This document shows positions 26,583-39,600 of a stretch of 64,000 nucleotides of DNA, piece after piece. The position numbers and the translations under genes were made by a program. The notes beneath the pieces are model-generated. The model saw only the letters and a list, made by a program, of their open reading frames with translations, was not told where the DNA came from and did not search any database. Source of the DNA: Trichoplax adhaerens (lineage: Eukaryota; Animalia; Placozoa); the NCBI RefSeq assembly GCF_000150275.1, contig NW_002060951.1, positions 638,328 to 702,327 of the forward strand, read 5' to 3'. How positions within the stretch are numbered: position 1 is the first letter of the stretch; every line of letters starts with the position of its first letter.

Positions 26583-27686
26583 TTAATATTTCATATCAAT
26601 TTTACCAGCCATCATCGAACTAACTACTGACATAGAGCGTTCTGTAATGGTAACCTCTGATTCGACACGGGCGCGTCTATGTGGTGTTGAACAGTATAAG
26701 GCGCGTTTTAATGCAGCTTTAAAGTGAGGATTGAATATATACAAGATTCCAACATTAAATATAGACGAGCAATAAATTAGCCCAGAGAGCAAATCTCTTA
26801 TTAGAAGAAAGATTCGAACATTTTGATAGTACAAAACTACGTCCCCTTGAAATTGGAGAAGAGATATATGACCAAATGTTTGCAATAAAATCAATATATA
26901 GTAAGGCAGCCATGTTACAAAGAAAATAATCACCAGAGCTATTGACATCAGGGTAAGTTGTCGCTTGACACCGGCTATTTTATCATCTTTAGGGTCGATA
27001 AATATTTTGGGTTTGCCGGTGCTCATAGCGGTAGCGATGGAAATATTAAGAGCTGCTTGGAGGAGGAACGGTATTGCGAAGATAACTATGGTAAGTCCAA
27101 TCAAGTAGCCTTTCCGTTGATCTAGGTTTAGAGCAGGAGGGACCGTATTAAAACTACAGAATGGGCTTCCACGTAATTGAATAACATGTAAGGAAAGAAA
27201 ATAGGGTATGCCACAAGCAACACCTACGATCCAAACTGCCGCTATTACGAAATAAGCGTAATGGCGTTCCGGTGGTGGACGGAAAGGTTGACATATAATC
27301 CGAAATCTAGCATATGATACAGCTACTAAGGTATAAGCAATTACGACCGATACCATAAAAAACATTGACTTAATAAATCGGCAAGCAAAATCTCCAAATT
27401 GCCATGTTTGAAAGCCGGCATTAATGTCACTGAGAGCATTTACTAGGCCAGTGATGGCTAATAACAGTGATGACCAGCACAAATTTAATACCAATACGTT
27501 GGTAAAATTCAGTAATCGCTTGATTTTGATTATGGTGAAGGTAATGATGAAAACACCAGTAGCAGACAATATCAAAGCAAGGGATATCAAGGCAATTTTA
27601 GCCGTGTTGATTTGTCTTATAGACTCGTTTATCAACTCGTTAGAGTTAATTGTAGGTGCAATAGTCGCATTTGAAGTATTGCTCAT
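26583..27686 (-). CDS. Intronless rhodopsin-like (class A) 7TM GPCR, peptide-receptor type, 367 aa; paralogue of 11221-12387
   Basis: Seven TM segments and sequons NTS, NAT, NES. 'LLNFTNVLVLNLCWSSL', 'WQFGDFAC', 'YARFRIIC', 'KRQLTLMS', 'FFVTWLPY' and 'FNPHFK' all match the first GPCR. Confidence 0.93.
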   Translation of the reverse strand: MSNTSNATIAPTINSNELINESIRQINTAKIALISLALILSATGVFIITFTIIKIKRLLNFTNVLVLNLCWSSLLLAITGLVNALSDINAGFQTWQFGDFACRFIKSMFFMVSVVIAYTLVAVSYARFRIICQPFRPPPERHYAYFVIAAVWIVGVACGIPYFLSLHVIQLRGSPFCSFNTVPPALNLDQRKGYLIGLTIVIFAIPFLLQAALNISIATAMSTGKPKIFIDPKDDKIAGVKRQLTLMSIALVIIFFVTWLPYYILILLQTFGHISLLQFQGDVVLYYQNVRIFLLIRDLLSGLIYCSSIFNVGILYIFNPHFKAALKRALYCSTPHRRARVESEVTITERSMSVVSSMMAGKIDMKY

Positions 27687-30600
27687 GTTGAATAGATAAT
27701 AGTGGTGCTATTTTCTCTTCCTTGATTGAAATATTAGTCCCAAATGTTGGTGATTATGGAATAAAAATGCCACCAGCCTCTTCTACAACCAAAATCCCTT
27801 TTTCAAGATGTGAATGAAAATTATAATCTTTTATAACTTTCGACGATGTTTTTGACTACTATCCTTTTATTCAATTTGCACTTTTGCTACTTTGAACTTG
27901 AAAAATTTATAATTTAATTATAAATTAAGAATTGAACCCAGTAGATTTAATTTCTTCAGAAAGGTTTCAAAAGTAGAATAGTTACTTAATTTCGGCAATG
28001 CCAATTTGACGCGTTAGAGAATCTATAGACAACTTATTAAAATAAAAAAGAAATATAATCTGATTAGTGATTAACAGATAAAAATAAGTATTACTACGTA
28101 TCACCAATAATCTTTATATGTCAAAGATAGTGTCAGAGTAATTATTATAATGTGGTATTGGCAAGCATCAAAATTTAACATGATCAAAAGTGATTTATCG
28201 AAAAAAAATTAAAAAATCGGAAAAACACGCTCTACCAATGTGAGAAGTTGGGACACAACCGTTTTGATTCTTATTTTGATAAATCAATAGACTATTATGA
28301 CAGGATATCATAGTCATGACAGCGAAGAATTCTTAATTACTAAATCTTTACCTGACGTTTTTCTTCGTGTGAATATATTTATTTTGTGCCTGTATCTTTC
28401 AAATTTTCAGCTTTAATCTAGCTCTATCCCAAGAAAGATTAACCGAGGAATAATGTACCAAAACTTGATGTTGTATTCTCCGCGGTAACAAGATTTTAGC
28501 AAATGTGTGATACAATGTTGATAATTTAATGATGTATAAGACAATCAAGGGTAACTTTTTTACCACGCGGTTGATAAATAATTTACTTTTTCCACATTAG
28601 ACGGCTGTTACGACGAATTTTAGTTTCTACAATAGTTTCAAAACAGGACGTTGTTATTAAAGTACGTAGAGACAAAAAAAGCTTTATATTTCGGAAGTAC
28701 TTAATAAGTAACTCCAAGTATTGATACAGTACAGAGAGAAAGATTTATTTTTCTGTTTCTTTAAGTAAATTAAGTCTGTTTACCGTGAATTGAGGAATAT
28801 CGAAAAAATTAACTACTAATATGGAGTAAAAAAAATAAGTTCATTACCTCCTAAAATTGGTTAGCGCATAAAATGGATTCAATGTTGAAGGTTATCGTTA
28901 GGATAATTTTTTTGATCCTACAAACACCCACTCGCTGACATATATTAATCTCTTGACTTTTTTAACACTGCTTTTTGTTTATTCATGTATTCTAATTGTA
29001 TTTCAATCCGTTGTTGTTTGATATGGTAATCAATAAGAAAAAAATCAATATAACTATTTTAACAACGTCAGAATAGTTGATCGAAATGCTTTCGTCATTA
29101 ACATGCGCACTGCTAACTCCCGTTACAAGTATATTGTCTATCGTAGAATAGCGTTGATTTGTCGACTTTATTATATATTGCAGACAATACTAGATTCAAA
29201 GTCGTAACATTTAAGTAAAAGGATTGAATACAGTTATTCAAAGCCTGCACTATTGCCACCTTGAGGCATCATAGCTTTTCCTATTGATCCACGGCAATAG
29301 AATGCATTACATCAAAAATAGTTAATATTGACAATGGAGAAGAGTTAAATGATAAAATAATTGTCGTCATAATACAGTATATTGTTTGATTGATAAAATG
29401 ATGATAGCTTTGTCATCTATTATTATTGGCCCAAATTAATACCTCTAATTTTATTAAGTTATAGCTCGGGGCTGTTCTCATTCTTTGGCTTTATGTCTGG
29501 TTTTTTTTTATTATCTTCATAATCATTTTACTTATCGCTATCAATTCGCTTAACTTCAAAGCGATTGTAACAAAATTAATATAATTTTACACCGCACAAT
29601 TACCGACTATTATATTTGAACATTCTTTATATCGATTTCAACCCGGTGTGTTCTGTAATAAATCGAACTAATATGAAAATAACACACTGTGATCTATTAT
29701 AAAGGTTATTTTTATATGCATGGTTGAACAATTTTGTAAATATTCGTATCTACTACGATTGAATTCTTTTTCTTTCAATTTAATATCTACAAAATCGATA
29801 CACATATTGTGTTGAAAGCTCTCCATATCACCAATGTGTTCGATTGAAGTAATCTAAACGTAGTTAATTTAATGTCAATGGGAGATATTCATTACAAAAT
29901 AATAAACCTTTTGGTGGATAAGAAGAGAGGATACAACCAATAATCTACTCTACAGTACTATACAGTTGCGCCAAATCGTCTCTAGCCTTAATGCTATATC
30001 ACGATGTGTAGTCACACTCATTTTCTCTCTCTTAATTTTTCTACTGTAGTATAGAATTACAGCAGCATAGTATATTTTCAAGTTATGGATCTCCATACAG
30101 AATATCTTATTCATTATTTTATGATAATTTATAGGCATGATGCAACCCAGGTTATCAATTTAGACATATAAATTAGCTATATAAAGATAATGTAATGACC
30201 ATTACTCTCAGTGACTATTATTGGATAATATGCTATCATTAGATTATAATTATTAATAGGAGATCACACCAAGAATCATGATTTAAGACCATCATCACTA
30301 AAAACAATATCAATCATTAAAATGATATACCACAGTAAATAGTAAGAAACTTTAGTAACATGTTTTCTCTCAAAATTAATCTATCATTATCTTATTCATG
30401 TTTGTCAGTAGCTAGATAAACGACATCAAAGAATTATCTGGTACCAGGTCATACTTCTATTCAACGTTTCAGTTATTGACAGTAATATTAGTAGTCCATA
30501 TAATAGCTGCTTTTCTCTTACATCAATTGATATTTGGACGGTATTGTTTACGTTGTTTTTCAATCTTGATTGCCACTTCATATTGTATGACGTTATAGAT

Positions 30601-33600
30601 TTTCGTGGAATAGTATTATATGGGCAAAACACGTCTATAGATGTTTTTTCTGGTACCTTATCTTGTTGATTATAATCTATTACCTTCTATTGGTAATTAT
30701 TGGCCTTCTCCCACCCACAGTTACAGCCGAGCGATAACAATTACAGCTAGCATGGCCACCAATAAGCCGCTACTACGCCTTCAATTTTGGATCAACCATC
30801 ATTTCATCCGTTTATTGCTTGGATGCTACTTTGTGAATAAGTTAATACGAGCTTGTATTATTCCTCTCCCCAACCTTAATCATTTATTGTTTCTTAACCG
30901 AGTTCCTATATTGAATATTCGGAATTTATCCTTATTCCCATATAACTATAGAACAAAAATTTACGGATCGACAATACTACTTACTTCAATTGCAACCCTC
31001 AGCGCTATACTAGTTTGTTAAAGAGCTAGGTTAATCTTATTCTGGCTCCCTACTTTACTTAACATACTAACTGTTTAAATATGATAATAAACAACTTTTA
31101 ATTGTTGTTTGTCGAACTATAGATCCATAAAAACTACTCTCGCCCATTTTTCAATTGAATTATTTCAGATACAATGCTGTTTGAGCCTACAATTGATGTC
31201 TAGCAACATACTAAATTCTCTATATAATAATAATCGTAGACAACAGTTGTTTTTCTCCTAAATAATATGAATAAAAGCATGGCAACTCTATAAAATATTG
31301 TTAATACAATGTAATAAAGTATGATGTGAGTAAATAACCCATGTGATTAAAAAACAATTGCAAACAATGATACGGAATAATATTATTATGTTTTTATAAC
31401 TTTGATCATCTATTATCCAGTGTATGTCGTATCCAGCTGCTCTATGACATAAGCTACGACTGTATAGAACATACGGTGATTGATATATTCATTTACAGTG
31501 TAAAGAAAGCCACAAATCACATATTTGATCGTACTATCATACGCAATTGCTCTATCGCGGCTCCTAATACATCTACATCTAAACAGAAATATACTGCAAT
31601 ATAGACTATAATTTATACTCACTGTCTGGAGATATGATCTATGTTGAACCGTAAAGAATACTTTCTTGCTAAAATAAACTCTGTATGATAATTAATCAAA
31701 TCGAAATTTCAGCGTGATATAGTTCATAAAGCGCGTAATTTACGAATGCATGAGAAAGTTATGACACTAAATAAAAAATTTTTTCAACATAACCGTCTTT
31801 ACAACATTCCTCTAAATAGTTAGTTTGGCAGATTGGTCTTTAGTCAAGATTCGTCAACGAAAAAAAAATGACTTAGGAGCATAAATTAACAGCAAAAATT
31901 TTTTTGTCTACCATATACAAGTGTCAATACCTTCATAAGAGCATAACGAAATGGCCCAGCTGTTGTATGCTATTAATAATTTATTACCAAGTAATACTGT
32001 TTAGTGGGTTGATACAATTCCATTTGTCACGTGTTCAATTATTAATTATTATCCGATTGTCCAAATTTATTTTGCATACTTAAGTTAAATTATCCACTTT
32101 AACTACTGTTGTATCCCAACTATTAATGGATAGTGAAAGCTTACTTATCTTTAAAAATCGAGAAATATAGTATCTTTTCTTGGGCTACAAGAACACTGGG
32201 CAAACTATCATAACGTGATCGACTGCGTATCAAATTTTTTATTGTGCAGTGAACACATAAACTGATTCTTAACATTCTTATTTATTTTTATATTTTAAAT
32301 ATATCACATATAGTTATTGACGTATCTACTACGTGAGATAAACAGTGAAGCTGTAGTAGATTATGAGTTCGATTATATTAGCTTAATTTAAACACAGAAT
32401 ATTCAAGATAAGCTCGAATAGGATAAGATTTCAGTTAATAGTCCATACTTATTAATAACGAAGGTATTACTGTTGGGCAGTCAGATATTGGCTGTAGAGT
32501 GTAATAGCAGTAAATAGTACATCAAGAGCTATAGCATGGAACAAAACTGTCAGTAGTAAAATTTTTCGCATACAAGTTTAACATATAGGCTGAGTGAGCG
32601 GTTTGAACGATATTATTGATCGGATGATGAACCGTTCTTTCCTACGGATATCAATACCTCTACAAATTTTATATGTTGTAAATTTGAGGGAATGCATGGA
32701 GGCATCGTAAATGTTTTTAAATGAAGGACAGAATATTAAACGAATAGTTATATTTGTTTTACAGAGTTTACTATCATTTGCAATATTTTAAATATCAGTT
32801 AGATTAGGCTATGCTTGTTTATACCGAGTATCTACTATTCATTCAATATTAATGATTAATTGTTGGATGTATTATTTTAATAGGCCTGATGACAGGAAGA
32901 GAGCAAATTAAAATTTAAGGAAATTAGCAATTTGTCTATGTATCTTAGTTATCCTGTTTCATAATAAGAGTTTCCTATCGATCTATGCATAATTTGCAAT
33001 TTTTAACGTAAGATTTCTCTAAAATAATTTTTAAAGCATTTAGATTTCTACGATGATTTAAATAGTGAATTACCAATTTTACATGTTTCATCAGCATGAT
33101 ATATGTACTAATGATGATTAACGTATCTATTCAATTTTCATGTTGTTGAATTGAATTTCGGCTAGCGTATACGTTTTATTAAGCTTTACTTCGCGTTACT
33201 GATAATTGATTCCGTTTCTGATATTTATTCGTCATCGAAAAATTTTATACCAGTTCTATTGCCATTAAAATTTTTCTCTTAATACGCTCTTGTTACGCTT
33301 AAATATCAAGGCAATAAGAGCTTATCATATTTCTTTATATCAAAATAGACAAAAAATTGTAATTATTTATATAGTTTCAATAACGTAGATCTACTACAGA
33401 AAAAATGTATATGCACAGTATGTTACATGTTTTTGGTAGAGCAGTTAACGTTATTATGGATGTACTTCTGCTTCATAGTAATGGAGTAGATTTTTAATGT
33501 TTGGAATTAAATATTTGATCTAAAGTATTTTGTGATCTAGTTTAAGTTGCTATTGCAGTTGTATTCTAAGATGATATAGAGTATGATTAATTGCATCTAA

Positions 33601-36600
33601 GTAATGAAGTATTTAAATCGTTGTGAAAGAACTTAAATTGATACAGATAGAAGTGAATAGTGGCTTGATTGTGTGTTCTTGATCTATATCATGTTGTTGA
33701 TAATTAAAATGAATACATGATAAAATTTGCAACACTTATTTGATCGATCAATCAATGAGCAAACTAAATATTAGTGAAACGCTTCTTGCATGTTTAATAC
33801 TTTTCAGAATCTACTTGCAATGGTATGAAATATAAACAAAATAAATCCCGATCTAGTATACTTGGTTGATGTATCACTACTTCCATGTAGTATTCTCTTC
33901 TTGCATGATCTTTTATAGTAGAATATGCTACCAATTTCAGAACGAACCACGAATTAAAGTTAAAATTAGATACAGTTAATAAATTTTACAATATCCCACC
34001 CGATGGAGATTGCTGATACGAGCCAATAATATCGCCAGATTCAGCAGTTTGCCTTCATTTTTCATAATGCTAAACTCGCACTTTACTGTAAGTTGCGTTC
34101 CTTTATCAAAGCAATATTTTGTTTATGTAGGTCTTATCTTTATGTTGTAAAGAAGCTAGTAATGGGATTAGGCCTATATCGGGAATCTCTAAGAATCACA
34201 ATAGCTACTTTGATATGTTTGCAATTCTATACAAATGCAGAATTAGTACCCGAGAAATTTTCTAATCACACGCTTCCTCTTGTCTAAAATTTAAACCGTT
34301 TGAAAGGGTGACGTTATGACTATTTTAATCAATATATATATATATTGTTATATATAAAATAATACTATTACCATTAGTTTTAAAGAGTGAGCTATCATAT
34401 ATCGAATATCGACTAAACTTTACGATACTTGGAATGCAAGACATTTTATGAAAATTATGCCGTATTTTTACTAAAAGTGGTTTAAACGTAAGTATATAAC
34501 AACTTCAGACCTCCAAATCCAGAAATTATAGCAAAGAGGAAGCTATATTCATAGATTGAAATTTTCAATCCTGAATTGGATACACATAAATTTAATGACC
34601 ATAATCTATTCCTTTTAAGCTGACCCAATTACTAGCTAATTTTAAATTCTGTATATTTGTATTTCATAGCAGATCTTTCATTATTTGAATATATGGAGTT
34701 ATTATAAATTCCGGTAGAATAATATTAGAAAATAAAGTTAAGTTCATAACTAAAACCTTACGGTACTGTACCTATATCAGTTACTTTAACTTATATCGAA
34801 ATAAAATCTACTTGAATGAAGCAGTTTCCTGAATAATTTGTTGATACTCTAGATCTTATTGATATGTTTTAAAGATTTATCGTTACGATAACATACCTTA
34901 TTTATTGAATAATTAATCACAGATGCCCAGAGAACGCCAATTTGCTTCTTAAGAAATCGTTAAATTTTCTTTTTCTGTTCACCTTAGTAAATCTGCAGGT
35001 GCTTAATTGATTTTGATCGGTGATTGGTAATTATTCTTGATTAAAATCTGCAATGTTATCCAAAGAGTCTGTTATTAAATGTTAATCCTTTATAAAATCG
35101 ATTTCCAAGAGACTTCTTTACTGTAAGAGTTTTGTTTTGTAAAGATATTCAAACAATGTAAGAGTTCAATTTTCAGCAATAGCTACAGCTGATTTCATGA
35201 TTAGATGAAAAGATTTATAGCAATCTATTTTATCTTCATTGGGAAATCAATTAAATATAGTATTATAAATATATTGGAAATAATAAACTAGAATGTAAAT
35301 GTGAGTACTATCAATGAGTTCGTGTAGCAGTCAAACTAAATAGCGTATGCTAATACTCTGTGATATGATGGTTTTTAGTATTTTCTTTCTAACAAACTGT
35401 ACAGAGTAAGGGTATAATTTACCATAAATATTACTAGGTTAGATTATACTATGAAATTTTCAGCCAGCTTTTAATACTGAATGTAATTCCAAGTCTAAAA
35501 TAATATTGAAAATTATGAAATAGAAAGTGGGAGGATTAGTCATAACGAGGCTCTCGTGCCCTCATTTCTCGAATAGCTCTAAATTATTATCGATTTATTA
35601 AGAAGATGGTAAAAAATAAATTCTGCAATTGTGTTTTGCTATCTTAATAGGGCTTATATCCGTAAACGCAATCAATAAATAGAAACTTTGTATCATAGAT
35701 AAGTCAATATTTTGAAACAAATAATTGTGTATTATTTTTAAATTAATAAATAGAAGATATTTAACGTTGAAAATAGCAAATTAAGAATAATATCAGCGTT
35801 CGCAATTGCTTGGACGAGAAATAAAACATGTTTGCGCGTTTGGTCCAATACTAAGGATACTCAACCGGTAGATTATAAATTTTATATTATTATATTATAG
35901 GTAATTATTTAAGCGATTTAAGATTATGGATTATCTACTTAGAATACAAAATAAATATAGATATATGTCATATACCTATATAGCGTCGAATATAATTATA
36001 GGAATATATTAATTTACAGGTACTATATTAAGATAGAATAAGCCAGTTTTCATCGCAAAATTTATCTTCAAGCCGTAATAAATTTAAGTCTAATTGATTC
36101 GAATTATTTTTATCAATATTAATATTATCCACTTATTCAATTTCTATTACGTCATATAAATAAGGTAGCAACAAAGTACATATCATAAAATAGGGGAATT
36201 AAAAGGTTGACTTATCAAGAATTATAAGATAAATAATAATTCTAATTTTTGATTAACTGATAGCAGTTGATGTAGCTTTTAGGCTATTAAAGTTGATGAA
36301 AGAAGATAATGAAAATTTCTTAGAAAATAGAAAGCACGGGATGAGTGTAGGCCGTAAGTAGCGGCAGGGTACAGGGATATTTAAAATCATAACTTTTAAG
36401 CTAATAATATGGGAGAGCGAGATTTCAAGCTAATCTTATTATCCTAAATTTATTAGAAAAGTGATTAATTATAAATTATAAATTGGAATATCTAATTTAT
36501 AATGAACGACTTCATCATAAATTTAATGAAAATATAACTAAAAGTAAGTAGAGTAATTGTCTACAATTTCATTAGTTTGCATAGACAGATCATGATATTA

Positions 36601-39600
36601 ACGGCAACAAAATCATTACAACTGATAAATGATCATGATCGCTATGCCTAATTATTTTGTAATTTTAATGTACAACGAATATTGTAATAATAATCAAAAA
36701 AATTTTACAGTATTTAGAAGTACTGTATCGGTCGTCTTCATTTTTTATTGTATAATCACTCACAATTATTTTATATTGTACAATTTTAATACAAGTTATG
36801 AATTAACAAATTTCGTTACTTCAATAACTTTATGTATTTCCAATGATGAAGAAAATGGATTTCTTTAGATGATATGCAGAATGAGATTTAATTTTACCTC
36901 TACTATAAAAATAACGAAAGGTAGAGGAGAAATAAACTGAGAACTTAAGAAAATGCAAAGCTGTAAATCGAAGTTCAAGGACATTTATTTCTATTTCATA
37001 TTCAAATCTAGAAATGCAAATGATTTGCTTTCATTTTCTATCCGTCAATTTTTAAATATAGTGTTCAGTAATTATAGTCAGAGCTAATACTTTATTCTCA
37101 TTTCGTAGTATTTTTATTCTATCTTTTAGACATGATCAGGTCATCAAATAAAGAAAGAAATGATGGATTGTTTAATTCTCATTCTACTTTAATGAGTTAC
37201 GCTTGAAATAGTAACATTATCTCCTAATATGAATAAAAGAAAGTGATGGTACAAAATTAAAGACAGAAAATGGATGACTATATTTTTGATGTTTCTGATT
37301 CTAAGCATGAGACTAAAAATGAATCGTAAATGAATTCACTTTAATAATCAACAGTAGTTATGTTAAAAGGTTGAGTAGATATCTGAAATGTTTATAATCC
37401 TATATTGCACCATAATTTCCGCAATAGAAATCCGGATTAAATCTCTGTTAAATGGCATTTAATCAAAAAGCGATCTATTATTTTATTAATCTAAATACGT
37501 ATACATAGGAATCGTTTTCTGGCTATATTTTATCACGAATTGAAGGTGTTAGCGTAAAGTTAGAAACAATTTATGTGGTTTAAGAATATAAACTGTAAAT
37601 GTTAATGATTAACTTTAGTTTGATTTGGAATTGAAAGATTGGATAGAATACATTTACATGATATGAATAAGATATGCCGTAGAGCAATTTTTAGTCTTCG
37701 GTCATATTTTCATTCTAAGTATTCTTCCTAGATTATTACTATGTATAAGCGATTTTGTGCTTTGCGTTAAACTGAGTAACATATATTTACAATATTTACG
37801 AATTATAAAATACATAAAGTTAGAACTACAGGAACCCAATAGCATTTATTCATACTTTTTATACCGATTTACAAGGAAACGATAATATAAAAACCCTAAA
37901 GTTGATAGATTGCGTAGCAACTACGTCTTTTCCGTTAGTAAATAAAAAAATCAGAATTCGATCAGCAATTAGATATTTTATAAAGTGATTCGCACGCAAT
38001 AACCTAGTCATGAAGGTTATCGTTGCACTGTATGGAGATTTTTCTCTTATAAGGCATTTAAAAAGTAGTACAAAAGAATTAGTTTTGTCTCATTATTACC
38101 TTGTTAAAGTTACTTGAAAATCCGGTTCAGTTTTTGATTCTTGGCCGAAAAGATTCGTTAACTGATTTCTCTTCCAAGTAGAAGTAATTTATTGATAGGT
38201 ATATTTATGGTAAGAGGAGGTCAATTACAGACCGGAAAGAAAGCGAAAAGGGGATGAGCCTGGATCAGTCTAAAACATCAGGAAAAGCTGGTACCGTCCG
38301 TATCGTGGAGCGAGAAGGGTGGAAGGAATTAATTAAGGTTACTTATCAATCAGATTGGAAAGCATGGCAAATAGACGGGGTCAATATCAACCAGTAGTGT
38401 TCGATTAAGGTAATGAATGTAAATGAGAAAAAAAGGCAATTACAGTAATGGATATTCTAACTAACCGTGTCACAATGTCATTGTCTACTGTCTCATCACG
38501 TGGAAACATGCCTTAAAATAATAATATTATATATATATCACTACAACAAAAGGTTATAAGTCAAATGATAGCAAGAATAAATATCTGGAACAAAACAATT
38601 ATTATAATTAATGTCAAGAAGATTAGTTGATCATTAAAATGATGTCATAACAACACCAAGTCAATATCTGATCGATGCAATATAAAAGTGGATTAATTTA
38701 TTATTATATTGTAATTGTTAGTAAGGCAAGCTGTGTTCTCGATTCTCTATCCTCGATCACATATAAGGAAATGATGATGCTCTTTCTACCTTATTAGTTA
38801 ATTATGCGTTAAAACGGCTTCTAAAGACAAATAGATCATAGATAGTATTTTGTTTTGGATATCACCATGAGTGAGAATTTCAGCTTGATAAATAGTATAC
38901 TGAAATGGATTTGTATCGGTATGTAGTATTAGGCTTGGTCAAAAATTCAAGTTCTTTACATTTAGTTAAATACACGTATTAGTTCTTTTCTACATATAAT
39001 AGCTTACAGCAGCTTTGGTAATCATCTGCTAAAGCGTATTTATGTTTGAAGATTTCGTTTTATAATTACCATATAAGTATAGGATGTGTTAAATTATTGT
39101 CTTGTCATATGGGGATCCATTCCATAATTATAAATTCAATATTGCGTATCATGATAAACAACTATTTTACGTCATTAGTAAAATATTTTAGATAGAAGCT
39201 TTATAATTCACCTAATTTGTCATTTGTATAGCTCTTATACGAATTGAAGATTTCTATTGCTACTTCGAAAATTGGTCATTAGAATTTATTGGAGATAGAT
39301 CATTTAAATACATGTACAGTATTGTACAGTATCAATAAGATCGAAATAAAAGTATGGTATTATTTTGCATCTCGTCACTCTTCGACTAGATCGAATAATA
39401 TTAAAGATCTAATTGCTTTGCAGTATAGATAGCTTTAGGATTATATTACCAACCAGTAACTTTTTGTAATCCTCATCCATCATTTTACAGTTATTTTGGG
39501 AAGACACGCTATTCTATTACTCATTTTTAGTTGATTTGCACAAAGGAAAGTTCTGTTGCTATTTCTATATCATCAGCCATTTGACAATAAGTACGATTCT

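Noticed and set aside
11221-27686. Opsin identity for the GPCRs
   Set aside because: Position 7.43 (six residues before the TM7 Asn) is Tyr in both, not the retinal-binding Lys.
27904-27926. AATTTATAATT-T-AATTATAAATT palindrome upstream of GPCR2
   Set aside because: AT-only, plausible by chance in this composition, and not shared with the GPCR1 upstream region.
30641-31021. 126-aa ORF
   Set aside because: No domain features, and it overlaps the antisense strand of the dispersed repeat patch.
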